A program made the translations under genes and the position numbers. DNA of 64,000 bases from Haliotis rubra (taxonomy: Eukaryota): positions 124,001 to 188,000 of the forward strand of contig NW_025765014.1 in assembly GCF_003918875.1 (NCBI RefSeq), read 5' to 3'. Below, piece by piece: positions 51,963 to 63,786 of the stretch. Under the pieces are notes generated by a model, which saw nothing but the letters and a program-made list of their open reading frames with translations, did no database searches and was not told the origin of the DNA. How positions within the stretch are numbered: position 1 is the stretch's first letter; each line of letters begins with the position of its first letter.

Positions 51963-52934
51963 ACTGATTCAGGTTAAGTGGAGCTTAATGATGGCGTGAA
52001 GCTGTCACTGTGACTCCAGTCTGAAGGTGTTCCTCAACGACCATGTTCAATGCTGATCACAGATCATCAAAATAGAAATTGTTCCGCTTTATTACATATT
52101 TTAACAGGAAATTGTTTTGTTTTAAATTCACACATATACTGGCTTCAAAACTATAATTCGAATGTTGGCATTACCAAACAAATTAAAATGTATTGGACAT
52201 GAGAGATCCGCGTCTTCAGCAACCCATGCTTGTCGCAAGCGGTGACTGACGTAATGGGGTGGACTGGCTTGCTGATGCGAGATCACAATCTCGTTTGCGG
52301 ACATACGTCACAGAGATGGAATATTGCAGTATATGGCGTTAAACAAGAAACAAACAAATGTATTGAGCATGGTTGTATTTCACTAATTCATGTGCGAAGG
52401 ATAACAGTTATGTAATCACGCCTTTGTTAAAGGTTAATCTGGGAAACCCTCGTGCGTGTTTGGTTGACAGAAACAAAATAAGGTAACGCCAAAACTGGTT
52501 CGTAGAAAACGCTTCCTTCGAAACACAGCTGACATCAGATTTTCCTAGGAAGATCTTCACGAACTACGCTGCAGCTTCAGTAACACCATCGTGACAACAT
52601 GGACCACATCTACGACGTAAGTATGTAATTGCGTCTAATTAGCCAGGTCAGATCCTTGTGTCCACTTCCGGCGGTAACGATGAAGTGTGCTGAATCAGGA
52701 TCTGTGATGGTCGTGGTCCGGCTCAGCAACTGGAACATGTAAGTAACGTTATGCTTTGTATAGCAACCTTGTCATAACACTCAACAAGCGTATCAAGTGA
52801 CATACTCAACGCAATTCATTCTACAATATAACTTTCACCAGTGATTCATTCGGAATTGCACAGTCGACTTTGCTTTTAGTAGAGATTTAGTATTTGCTTT
52901 TAGTTTATCATACAGCATACCACATAGCAGATGC

Positions 52935-53120
52935 CCGACTGGTACACATTATACTGATTCCGAGCCGACCAGTCCTTGTTTTATCCCTTTAATACCTAGA
53001 GGCAGGCAGGGTAACAACAAGTCCCATCTTTTAACATCTTTTCGAAAAACGAGACCGGGACTCGAACCACCGACCTTTCTCCCCGGACATACAGACCCTC
53101 TATTCACTAAACCACAGCTC
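52935..53120 (-). mobile_element. Older copy of SINE family B
   Basis: cacattatactgattccgagccgaccagtccttg...gggactcgaacc, aligning with 15225-15345. Confidence 0.8.
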
Positions 53121-53500
53121 CTTCCACTATTTATCTTAAGTAGCCCAGTGGGGTTGTTGCCAATTGAGGAATTTTTCTCCCAAGAGCATCATATAATCGG
53201 AACAACTAAATATTTCTCATTTAGAACAAATCAAATAAAAAAACACACCCCTTTGCCCATGATATACACATTTCCTTAATGTTGTTATTATACCTTGATC
53301 CATTCAGTTTTCATTCATCAAAACAGTTAATGTATCAACGTACCAGAGCGCACATGAGCGTGAATGTGGTGATTACTTGTTGACTTCAACTTGATAATGC
53401 TGATATAATTTTCATATATTGGACATTATCAATACAGAGACTCTCATGAACATTATAATAAATAAATTTCCAATGACCTTGATATCTATAATATATTATA

Positions 53501-55013
53501 TACTGAACATCATTGAAAACGCACCACCTGTAAATTTTGAAATATGGTAATAGGATTGTTTTGAGAGTGAAAATGAACGTTGGAATTGTTGTTAATAACA
53601 CAAAAGACAATAAATAATGCTGTACAGTAAAGAACGGATTGCCTGAACACGTCATGGAACACATCACATGACAACAACAAAATACATGCACAACAGACAC
53701 GAAAAGCACAAATTGCATGTGTAAAACATGCTGATTAGGGGTATAAATGTCCGTCGGCAAAAAACCGTTCTCATTTTAGCTGTACCTCCGCAAGTAAAGT
53801 TTATTTTGCAATGCCAAGATTGTCACCAGAAGAACGAGAACGGGGGCCGGGCATGTTGCAGGTTGGCACATCAAGCAGGATTATTGCCAGACGATTTGGT
53901 TGCCATCATTCTACCATCATAAGACTTGCCAACAGGTACCAACAAACAGGAACCACCAGGGACCGCCAACGTCCGGGCCAGGCACGTGTTACCACCGCTC
54001 GCCAAGATCGAGACATTGTTCGGAGCCATATTCGGGATCGTACGTTGCCGGCTGCCAGAACCGCCAACGCTGTCCAAGGCCGACGTGGTTTGATCAGTGC
54101 TTCCACCGCCCGACGCCGTCTCCGTGCGGGAGGATTACGATGTCGACGCCCTTATGTTGGACCCATCCTAACTGATAGACATCGCCGTGAACGCCGACGA
54201 TGGGCTGAACAGCATCGTTTGTGGTTGTTACGACGTTGGCATGGTGTTGTGTTCTCCGACGAGTCACGTTTTGACTTGCGAAATGCTGACGGACGTCTAC
54301 GAGGATGGCGTCGAAGGGGAGAACGTTACCATCAGGACTGTGTTGTGCAAACAGATCGATGGGGTGGAGAAAGCATTATGGTGTGGGGAGGATCAGTTAT
54401 CATCACAAAACCGCTTTGGTAGTTTGTCGTGGCAGAGTGAATGCCCTTTACTACCGTGACACCATTCTTCAGAACAACGTCGTTCCCTTCTTTAACCAAC
54501 ATCAAGATCTGGACACATTTCAGCAGGACAATGCTCGAGCGCACACTGCACGTGTTGCAACAAAGTTTCTGGCAAACAACATTCCTCTACTTCCATGGCC
54601 TGCATTGTCACAAGATTTGTCTCCTATTGAACACTTGTGGGATTACATAGGCCACCGCCTCTCACGTCGCCCACAGATCAACAACCTTGGGGAACTTGAG
54701 AATGCCTTGCAACAAGAGTGGAATGCATTGCCTCAAAACATTATTCAGAGATTTATCAGTTCAATGAGGAGACGGTGCACAGCTTGTGTTGCTGCTAACG
54801 GTGGTCATACACGTTACTGACTTTCCAATTTGACTCCATCTTTCTTTCATGGTCAGCTGAATTAAAACTTCACTGTTTTGCTGGATTTGTTCTTGTTTCT
54901 TTTCTTTACCAATCATTAGACTACAAAAGTATGTAAAATTTACACCGATTGCTCATTTATGCTCTTGGAAATCCAAACTAATACAGGTGGTGCGTTTTCA
55001 ATGATGTCCAGTA
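53501..55013 (+). mobile_element. Full-length Tc1-family (Tc1/mariner) DNA transposon
   Basis: 31-bp TIRs tactgaacatcattgaaaacgcaccacctgt / acaggtggtgcgttttcaatgatgtccagta (1 mismatch), flanked by TA on both sides, enclosing a transposase. Exact ends are ambiguous by 2 nt because of the TA runs. Confidence 0.95.
53811..54820 (+). pseudogene. Tc1-like transposase with 1-nt frameshift near 54390
   Basis: MPRLS HTH N-terminus, VVFSDESRF, IMVWGG|ISY (frameshift), FQQDNARAH, WPALSQDLSPIEHLW, and C-terminal GGHTRY. The second D-to-E spacing counts as 33 rather than 34. Confidence 0.93.
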
Positions 55014-56141
55014 TATATACCACTCAGCTGTTAGGTGTCGCAATCCCCCTACAGCAGTGGCCCTGGTATGCATTATACTCATGTATCACAAAGCCTCCAG
55101 TGACAAACAAGGCAGTGAAATTTAAATAAATGAAAAACAAAATTCAAAAACTGACCATCAACCTGATGTTTAAAACCAATAATTACTTACAATTAATAGA
55201 ACATTTTCTAGGGTATTATATTCTTAAGGTAACTGAAAATTGCCAACAAAAACCCCATGAAATTAGACGTGTAGTGGAAGGAAGACATCTTGCGTGACTT
55301 ATCAGCTGTAAATGGAAATATAATATTTTGAAAACCATTTTCTATTTTACGACTGGCAAATTATTGACATGACAATGATGTTAAGGGACATTCATCCAAA
55401 CATCTGGCCGAATGCATTTGTGTTAATTAAATGAACAGACTTGATACAACATTCTCATCTGCAAAATACAAGAAAGGTTTGTAGAGAAACTTTAGACCAT
55501 GGTACTTTTCCTACACAATATTTATCGGAAAAGTTTTAGTCTGGTATTGAATGATGTTCTATCTAGTAGTAGTAGTAGTGGGGAGTCGTCTTGGTCGTAG
55601 TCGTAGTCGTAGTATGTGTGTCTGGAAGGATAGGAGATGTTCAGTGCACTTTTCTAACCACTTAATAATGTACGTGTTCTGCTACATTTAGAGTTTTTTT
55701 TCAGAAACCTTTTTCATCTGTACAAAAGGGCGTGGTCAAGAAGGAATATATTGTTGTAGACATGTTCTTCTTTATTGTGGAATTGAGTCTTAGTGGACTT
55801 TAATTAACAAGATAAATTTACAAATGTCCTAAATTTGTAAACAAATAGCTATGACAATAAAGTGAGTACTTATATCCAGATCCTGTAAATTCCTTGTACA
55901 AAAATAGTTCGCAATGATCTACTTATAACAACAGGGAAAACGTCTGTAGAGTAACAGATGTGCTTACTATCTATCATACACATCACATATATAGGATAAA
56001 GACATGGAATGTTATATAAAGGCATGGGATTTTTTATATAACGTATTTGTTAATTTTACAAAAAGTATAAAATATAAAATAATTCGTTTTGCTATTGGAC
56101 TGTGATCAGTAAGGACTATCAAACAAGGTTTATTCATGATG

Positions 56142-56226
56142 CCCATTTCTGGTGTCCCCCGCCGTGATGTTGCTGGAATATTGCTAAAAGCGGCGTAAAA
56201 CCAAACTCAGTCAGTCAGTCAGTCAG
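56142..56226 (+). mobile_element. 5'-truncated SINE family A with TSD
   Basis: 3' body plus (agtc)n tail; TSD ttattcatgatg at 56130-56141 and 56227-56238. Confidence 0.92.
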
Positions 56227-58141
56227 TTATTCATGATGAGACCACGGTCCAATAGAGCATTGTCTGATGGGTCTTACAACTTCATAGTTTGACACCATTA
56301 TATATACAAATACATGCTAGTTACGTTCTAACTTTGTGATCAACGTGTATTAACATTTGCATGAAGGTACAATTATCTATTGATATTTTGCTCTTGAATC
56401 ATTATGCACTGGACATATCACAAAAGTGGTAATCATCTTCAGACCAACTTTTTTTCCCAAATACATGTACTACCAAGTCTAACAGTTCTACTATCATTGT
56501 ATTATTTAGTTTTGAATTTGAAAGGTAAATAACAGCGACAAAACCCTTTCCACATCCACAACAAATTGCTGACATGTCTTTTGGAGTTACTTCACGTTTA
56601 GTGTCACACAATACTTTTCAAGAAAACTCTCAAATGTGATGTATGAAGAATGAAGTCTCAGTGACAGATACATCACTGTCATTGTGAAATAGGTTGTGTT
56701 TCAAAAAGCTAAAAGCAGCGACACCCTTTCAATAATCATGCTTAGTCGCTCATAAATTATAGAAGCAATGATTTAACAGCAAGTGTTTGTGCATCTAATA
56801 TGCTTGGATAGTTCACTTACGTTAATAATCACTGAAGTATTTTGTTAAACCCCAAGATATGCCCATTTCATTTTACTGGATTTAAACGTTCCATAAAACA
56901 TCTGGGCAAAGAGAGATATGTTGGTTCCAACAAATGTACCTCCAAATACCTTTCTAAACGATAAACCATTATATTGAATACAGTCCAAGAAAGGCTTTCT
57001 TAATATTTAAAGAATGTATTTGAGACAAGTACAATTGACACAATGTGGTTTCTCATAATCTGCTTGAGATGTTGCATTCTCAGGAGAAAGAACCCAGATC
57101 AGAACACATAACACGTTTTATGGATAATAACTCCTGTTTATTTTAATACCAATTTTCAGAGCTAATTCTTGCCCATTCATCAGGTAAACTTTGAACTTTA
57201 AAGCTTAAGGTATATCGATGATCAGAGATTGATCAATAGTGATCAAATATACGATTCCCTTCCATTGCCATACCCATCTGAGTTAGAAATATCAGAAACC
57301 CGTGAAATCCAATCATAGCTACATCCATGTCGAAAGATTCAGAGTGACAAGAAAAATATGTCAATTGTCCACTTTCCTTTCATATCGAGCAAGATTCTAG
57401 CCGCTACAATCCTTTGCGTCTGCATTTCACAACTGTTTGGGTACAATCGAAAATGTATGAAGAAATTATATTGAATTTGTTTTATATGTAATTGAAAATG
57501 GACGGAACAGTTGGCAAAATTGGCTATGTCTATTCAACCATTAATCACAACTTCTTACAGTTTCTGAAAAGTAATCTGGATACGTTTGAGCAAAAACTAA
57601 TTGTTTCAATGAAGACAGAGGTAAGACATGACCCTTACCATGTTTGAAATTTACATTTCTACCAAACAAATACACTTATTGATCAACTGAGTTTCAAATA
57701 TAGGATCATTATGATAGTTGCGATCTTTATGTTTTCAAAGTTTCAAATTAGATAATGTTTTAAAAAGCAGATGTTTGATATTAACTTACATGTTTTGCAG
57801 CATTGTGACCATACTAGATTAAGTTCTCATATTTTCGTGAAATACTTTGAACACAACAGTGCCCTATATGGTTTAGTTCTTAAAGTAGTTTATTTTATCA
57901 CTGTTCACTCGATGTCATAACAAGTGACTTTTAATTAATACATCACTTACCACTAAACAACATCAAAACACACGCCCTTGATGGACTTACATTTGATACG
58001 GTTAATTTTTATCAAGAAGGATTCTTCTAATTCATGTTCTCAGAATATCAGACCGCCGTAGTCGATGGTCTTTAGTGTACCAGTGTTTATACCTTCGTAT
58101 TGTAGTTCAGGGCTATCCTGCCAGTAAATGTTGTGAACGAC

Positions 58142-59038
58142 TCACCTGCCTGACTCAACCATGTAAGCTGTTATGTCCTGAAGCATCTCCTCCCCGAGAC
58201 ACAGCCTTATGTACGGACATGTAGGGAAGCATCTGGCGTGCTCCATCCACGGGTCATCTCCAGCTTGCCACCCGTACACCTTACCCCTACAGTACCCGCA
58301 CTTCACACGGTCAGGCTTGGTGTCCTGGGGCTCGTGATAAAACCCTGCACGTGCAAGATCTTCAGGTGAAACCGTGGACTCTTCTGGCCATTTGGAGAAG
58401 GTTGCTAGACGATGAACTTCACGGGTAAAGTCTGGGACAATGGGAGGAGATGGAACTTCAAAAGGAGATGGAACTTCAGATGGAGCTTTGTTCTGGATAT
58501 TTGAGAGCGTATTAAGAGCCTCTGAGGGAACTATAATGTCTTGCGGTGGTTTAAGGGGTAAGCCTGACGTTCCTGCTAGTGCTTCTTCTGTTGAAGTGTG
58601 TGCATTAGGTAATACACTACCTTGGATTTCGCAACACGGAACTAACGCATGACTGTTCCCCCTTCCTTGATATGTTGTTTCTGCGACCTCTTTAGGGTTT
58701 CCTTGACTTAACGGAATATTTCCCACTTCCTTGCCCTGGAGGAACCTGCAGTAAGGGAAGTGACTCTGGTGTTCTGTAAGGGGGATATCATCCAGTTTCC
58801 ACATCTTGAGCACCCCAAGGCAGAAGGCACATTTCACACGATCGCCACTTCCGGTGTAAAAGAAACCAGCTTCGGCTAGCCTGGCAGGATCCTGTGAGGA
58901 CGACGACGGCCATTTTGTGTACGTCATGAGCCGCATTGTCTCGTGCCTCATCATCTCCGCCGTGGCCATCTCCGTCGCTGTATCGTCCCTGTCACAGCTC
59001 GCACTACCAACCTTGCAATAACTACTGAAGAACGACAT
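58142..59038 (-). CDS. IAP: Inhibitor of apoptosis (IAP/BIRC family) protein, exon encoding two BIR domains
   Basis: Two complete BIR repeats: RLMTY..WP..LAEAGFFY..DRVKCAFC-x16-H-x6-C and RLATF..WP..LARAGFY..DRVKCGYC-x16-H-x6-C. The ORF stop overlaps a cag|gtgagt donor (exon end 58146), so the gene may continue by splicing. Confidence 0.93.
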   Translation of the reverse strand: MSFFSSYCKVGSASCDRDDTATEMATAEMMRHETMRLMTYTKWPSSSSQDPARLAEAGFFYTGSGDRVKCAFCLGVLKMWKLDDIPLTEHQSHFPYCRFLQGKEVGNIPLSQGNPKEVAETTYQGRGNSHALVPCCEIQGSVLPNAHTSTEEALAGTSGLPLKPPQDIIVPSEALNTLSNIQNKAPSEVPSPFEVPSPPIVPDFTREVHRLATFSKWPEESTVSPEDLARAGFYHEPQDTKPDRVKCGYCRGKVYGWQAGDDPWMEHARCFPTCPYIRLCLGEEMLQDITAYMVESGR

Positions 59039-59315
59039 ATGTAATCTCTCGAATAGTAACCTTGCAGTTTTATTCGAAGTAAAATCTTTGGCAATTCTTG
59101 AAATAAAACTGCAAATCCAGATGCAGGATTAAGTTAATATGTTTTTTAGAAATCACATATTTTCAGACACGCACCAGGACGATAACACCTATCTACCAGA
59201 CTCGTCACATACATCACCCGTGATGGCGATTTGCCGCACTGCACATATACCAACCCCTGCACACTGAAGCCATCCTACAGGTCTGCGTGCAGTTCTGGGT
59301 TATGTGGCTCAAACA

Positions 59316-59393
59316 GAAAAATCCCCTCCTGGCCTTTCCACAGCTGCATGACATCATGCTGAAAAGCTGTGCATATTCATGAGGGAATTTCCC
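59316..59393. promoter_or_regulatory. NF-kB/Rel site cluster upstream of the IAP gene
   Basis: Consensus GGGAATTTCCC at 59383-59393, GGGGATTTTTC on the minus strand at 59316-59326, GGCCTTTCC at 59331-59339, and a CRE/AP-1-like TGACATCA at 59349-59356. The cluster lies ~280-355 bp 5' of the IAP ATG. Confidence 0.6.
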
Positions 59394-60245
59394 AGGGAAT
59401 ATTGTGGGTGAAGTTTGTTATGGAAGATCCGAGATGTGTGCCCATGTCTACAACAGCAATGCTATGTCAATAGTTACATCAATGTCTATAGTACCAGCTG
59501 TGCTTTCACTACAGACATAAGCACGCATTTTGGGTGAGGATTAGCGATCTAATATGTAATTGGTAACATTGCCTGGTTAAATTGCTGGACAATTTATAGA
59601 ATTGATGTGAGCATTGTGAACTGTATGAAGGTATTTCACTCCACGACGTCCATGAATATATACGTGCTGTAGTTCCAAGTGTTGTCGATGTAAACAGACG
59701 TATATTGATACAGACAGCACATACATTAAGTGTTGTTTAACGACTTTACGCAATCAGCTTCCCGTTATTGCACCCAGTTTGAACTTAGATAATTAGAGGG
59801 ATAATGGACACAACGATTTGCAGAAACACAGAACAATTGTAGGATGAATGAAGGAATGGAAAGGAAGAAGAACAAAGACTATCTTAGAATCTATTGCCTT
59901 CAAACTGTCCTTCGTGAAAATACGACCACGAGTGTCTTATAATGGTTCCTTTGCCAATGCTGTTCTTGATGACAATAAACAAATTATAATTTGTGCTTCA
60001 GATATGTGTTTTGGTAGTGATCCTTATACCTTTGTCAAGCAAGAGTGAAGTAATACTGTAGAGTACAAGGGTCCCATTTAAGAAATTATCTTGATGCATT
60101 TTAATGTTGGATGTAATAAATCTACACTATTAGGCTTCAATATTAGTGCTAATCTATGACCCTAATAATTATACCACTGCTTCCACACTAAGCATGAGTA
60201 AGATACATTTCATAATAACAAATGTTTCATAGATTATGTAGATAT

Positions 60246-60870
60246 TCAGACTCAGACTCAGACTAGTTTATTCAATACTACAGGCCTTATGACCTAAGGT
60301 ACAATTACAGCAGAATATTATATTTTGTCACGTGGAGGTGATATAATACACAAAACTTATAATTAAGAACGGAGTGGATTAAATACATGCTTCAAATATA
60401 ATGATAGTAATTTGATTGTTTGTGGATTTTGTGAAGAAATAAGTTTGATGAAGTTACATTTGTTTGGCACAACAGAAGTTAACCAAGGTAAATATTTCAT
60501 TCGAAGTGCAGAATATTTTGGACAGGAAAATAGTACGTGAACTTCATCTTCGATGTTGAGATCCATGCAATGTTCACAGCAGATGGTATAGTCGTACTGT
60601 TGTTTCTCCTTCCTGTATGCATTTACCTTCAGATTGTTCAATGCTATTCTGAATTTACAGAATGCACGTACCAAAGACTTGTCTTGGAGACAAGTAATAT
60701 ATGTTTCTGTGTTAAAATCAGTTTTAAATCCAGAGTATAATGACAGATAACCTGAGGTAGAAATAGACAAATGTCAATCCTGGATAAAGATATCCTGTAA
60801 CCTTTGTCTGAAAGTGCTGATAAATGACTTCTCGTCACCAACTTGTTGTGATAACCAGGTCCATGCGAAA
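60246..60870 (-). mobile_element. 5'-truncated non-LTR retrotransposon (LINE) 3' end
   Basis: ORF 60363-60770 encodes the C-terminal region typical of LINE ORF2 (KFRI..NNLKV...C..C..NIEDEVHVLFSCPKYSALRMKYL). It is followed by AATAAA and a (TCTGAG)n tail. Clade not determined. Confidence 0.85.
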
Positions 60871-61256
60871 CCTATTCTTTACTTCTCATGGATTACAGAC
60901 TGGCAACAGAATGTAGGGTCCTTGAGGTAACGAATATATGGCATGTCAGCTTATAGTCATGTACATGTAAGCATTTCTCACGCGGGAAGTTAATACCTGC
61001 TAACCCTCAAGGTGGCAAGTGTCAGCATGTGTAACAAGTCCCTCCCTGTGAACCAGATTGATACAAAGCTCTCAGTGGTGGTCACGTCATATTAATGCGC
61101 TACGAGGAAGTCTGCGACAGTAATCTTTTTAAATCAACACTTGACCACTTCATTATCATATGTTAAATACTTTGATGATCTTTAAGACATGTCCTTTTAT
61201 CAGAATATTCTCTGCTGTCATTGCGCAACTGGAATTGGAATTGGAGGTAAACAGAT

Positions 61257-62390
61257 GTGTTAGGTACCCCAGTGTATCACGTACAGTGAACCCTTGTATC
61301 ATGTACCCTGGTGTATCACGTACCCTGTTGTATCATGTACCTGCTGAAATAAGTCTAAGGTTGGATCATGTACCCCGGTGCATGACGGACTCACCATGTA
61401 TCATGTACCTAACCGTATCATGTACCTTGTGTGCCACTCTTCCTGGTGGACCGTGTACCCTTGCGCATGGCGCCTCTTGTGCATCGTGTCCCTTGCATCG
61501 TGTATCAAGTTAAGTGGTCTACCTTTGTGGAACACGAGTACCAGTATATCATGTACCCTGGTGTATCAAACAAACTGCAGCTGGTCCATCTTGCGCACTG
61601 TTGTATCAAGTACCCGAGTGTATCACGTACCTTAGTGTATCACTTTACCGAATGACTAATGTTCCTGGGTTATTGTGTGTACCCTAATGCACCAGATGCC
61701 TTTTCTGCATAACGTACTTAAGTATATTCAGTCACCCTGGTACATCACGTGTCCCATTGAATCAGTTACCCTGGTACATCACGTGTCCTAGTGAATCAGT
61801 TACCCTGGTACATCACGTGTCCTAGTGCATCAGTTACCCTGGTACATCACGTGTCCTAGTGTATCAGTTACCCTGGTACATCACGTGTCCCAGTCCCAGT
61901 GCATCAGTTACCCTGGTACATCAAGTAATCAGTTACCCTGGTACATCAGTGAATCACCTGGTCCGTAGTGAATCAGTTACCCTGGTACATCACGTGTCCC
62001 AGTGAATCATTGGTACACCAATCAGTGAAGTTACCCTGGTACTTGGTATCCTGGTACATCACGTGTCCTAGTGAATCAGTTACCCTGGTACATCACGTGT
62101 CCCAGTGAATCAGTTACCCTGGTACATCACGTGTCCTAGTGAATCAGTTACCCTGGTACATCACGTGTCCTAGTGAATCAGTTACCCTGGTACATCACGT
62201 GTCCTAGTGCATCAGTTACCCTGGTACATCACGTGTCCCAGTGAATCAGTTACCCTGGTACATCACGTGTCCCAGTGAATCAGTTACCCTGGTACATCAC
62301 GTGTCCTAGTGCATCACGTACCTTGGCACAACACATTCTTAGGTGTATCACGTACCTTGGCACAACACATACCTAGGTGTATCACCTATA
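61257..62390 (+). repeat. 17/34-bp minisatellite; homogeneous 34-bp core at ~61730-62320
   Basis: Core unit gaatcagttaccctggtacatcacgtgtcc(c/t)agt; flanks show 17-bp gtaccctggtgtatcac monomers. Confidence 0.93.
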
Positions 62391-63786
62391 ATGCTGTATC
62401 ACCGACATCTACATAGGTGATCTTGTGTATCACAAACCCTGGCTGCTATCACTATGACTCGATATATATATCTGATTACTTGTCTGAGGTCTAAAATGAT
62501 CAGCTGCATTTGAAATATCAATAGAAACTCTCACCAAATGAACTGTCTGCTAGAAATCTCATGCCCATACCTTAACACGGTCCAGAGTCTGTGTTGACAC
62601 TCCATCACTCCAAGTATGGTAACACAATCCACATATCTAGCATTACATGAACGAGAGCAATGGTCACGGCTAGCAGCTCTTCTGTCTGGCAGAGCCACGA
62701 GAGAGTTGGGTTTTCCCAGTCAAGACCCTATTTTTAGCTCGACCCTGGATGGTTTTCCCGACCAACCTCAACACTGCCACTAGCTTTAAGAGGTTTATGC
62801 TGTCATGCCAACTGTCATTTGATACAAGGATAAGTAGGCGAATAAATATTTTAGCATATACAACTCATTGTCGAAGCCGTTAAAACAACTGTGTCAAGTT
62901 CAGTTGTTCTGCTAGACTGTACTAAAATATACTGAAAATGAAACAGAAAAGTACAGTTAATACAGTAAGAGTTGGTAAGACATAAGCATTTAATGATAAC
63001 AATTTTCACAAACAGTTTTAAAAGTTATACACAGTTATAACACGAACGTATTTTTCAAAATCGTTTAACCGATAAATAACGATAAAACAGTTCCCACAAA
63101 TAGACAAAATATCAGTTATGAATAGATTTCATTGTGCGATGTCGACAATACCATATATAAGCACGTATTGTTTGAATCGTTTAAGCAGGGCTTACTCCTC
63201 CTGAAGGTTATAAATACACATTGCTTATGACAAGAAATTGTTGGTATGTATATACTGCATATACTATCCTCCTGAAGCACCTATAACGAGACCTTTGCAA
63301 AATCAAATATACAAAAGACCTGCTAGAAAGACGAAGACTAAGGTTTCTGTCTATAGTTTATTATCATGTACAATTTATGAACAAATAGTTCTACGTGTTT
63401 TCATTTTTCAATTATATGACAATCCCATCGGTCACTTTAGGCAGCATATATAATCGAGCACAATACATGAAATGTAAGATTACAGAATTGTTAAACGTAT
63501 CACCAATTTAATTTTTTCCCTTTTCTTTGTTGGTTCTTTCTTTAAAACATTTTTGGTTTACAGCTAAGACGCGTACACTGTCCAGCTTTTTTAATATACT
63601 AGATCTGCTTCCCATTAAACTGCATATGTACGTAACAAAGTTTATTGCACTCTTATACAGAACATACTTACTAGACAAGCTTAAAGCGGCGGTCACATCT
63701 TACGGACACGCACGTAGTTGACCGTAGTGGGGGAATGAACGTAGTAGACAGTAATAGACCGTAGTAGACCGTAGTAGACCGTACTT

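Noticed and set aside
50752-51963. Long His/Ser/Phe-rich ORFs (267 aa etc.)
   Set aside because: Translations of the 20-bp minisatellite; no splice or homology support.
53414-53436. Extra Tc1 TIR copy upstream of the element
   Set aside because: Only a short, mismatched resemblance in AT-rich sequence.
56402-56611. ICCGCGKGFVAVIYL as the IAP RING domain
   Set aside because: Lacks PCGH and the remaining Cys ligands.
58118-58145. Intron joining the IAP BIR exon to the sequence just downstream
   Set aside because: It would be only 28 nt, too short for a normal spliceosomal intron, and the downstream frame has another TGA.
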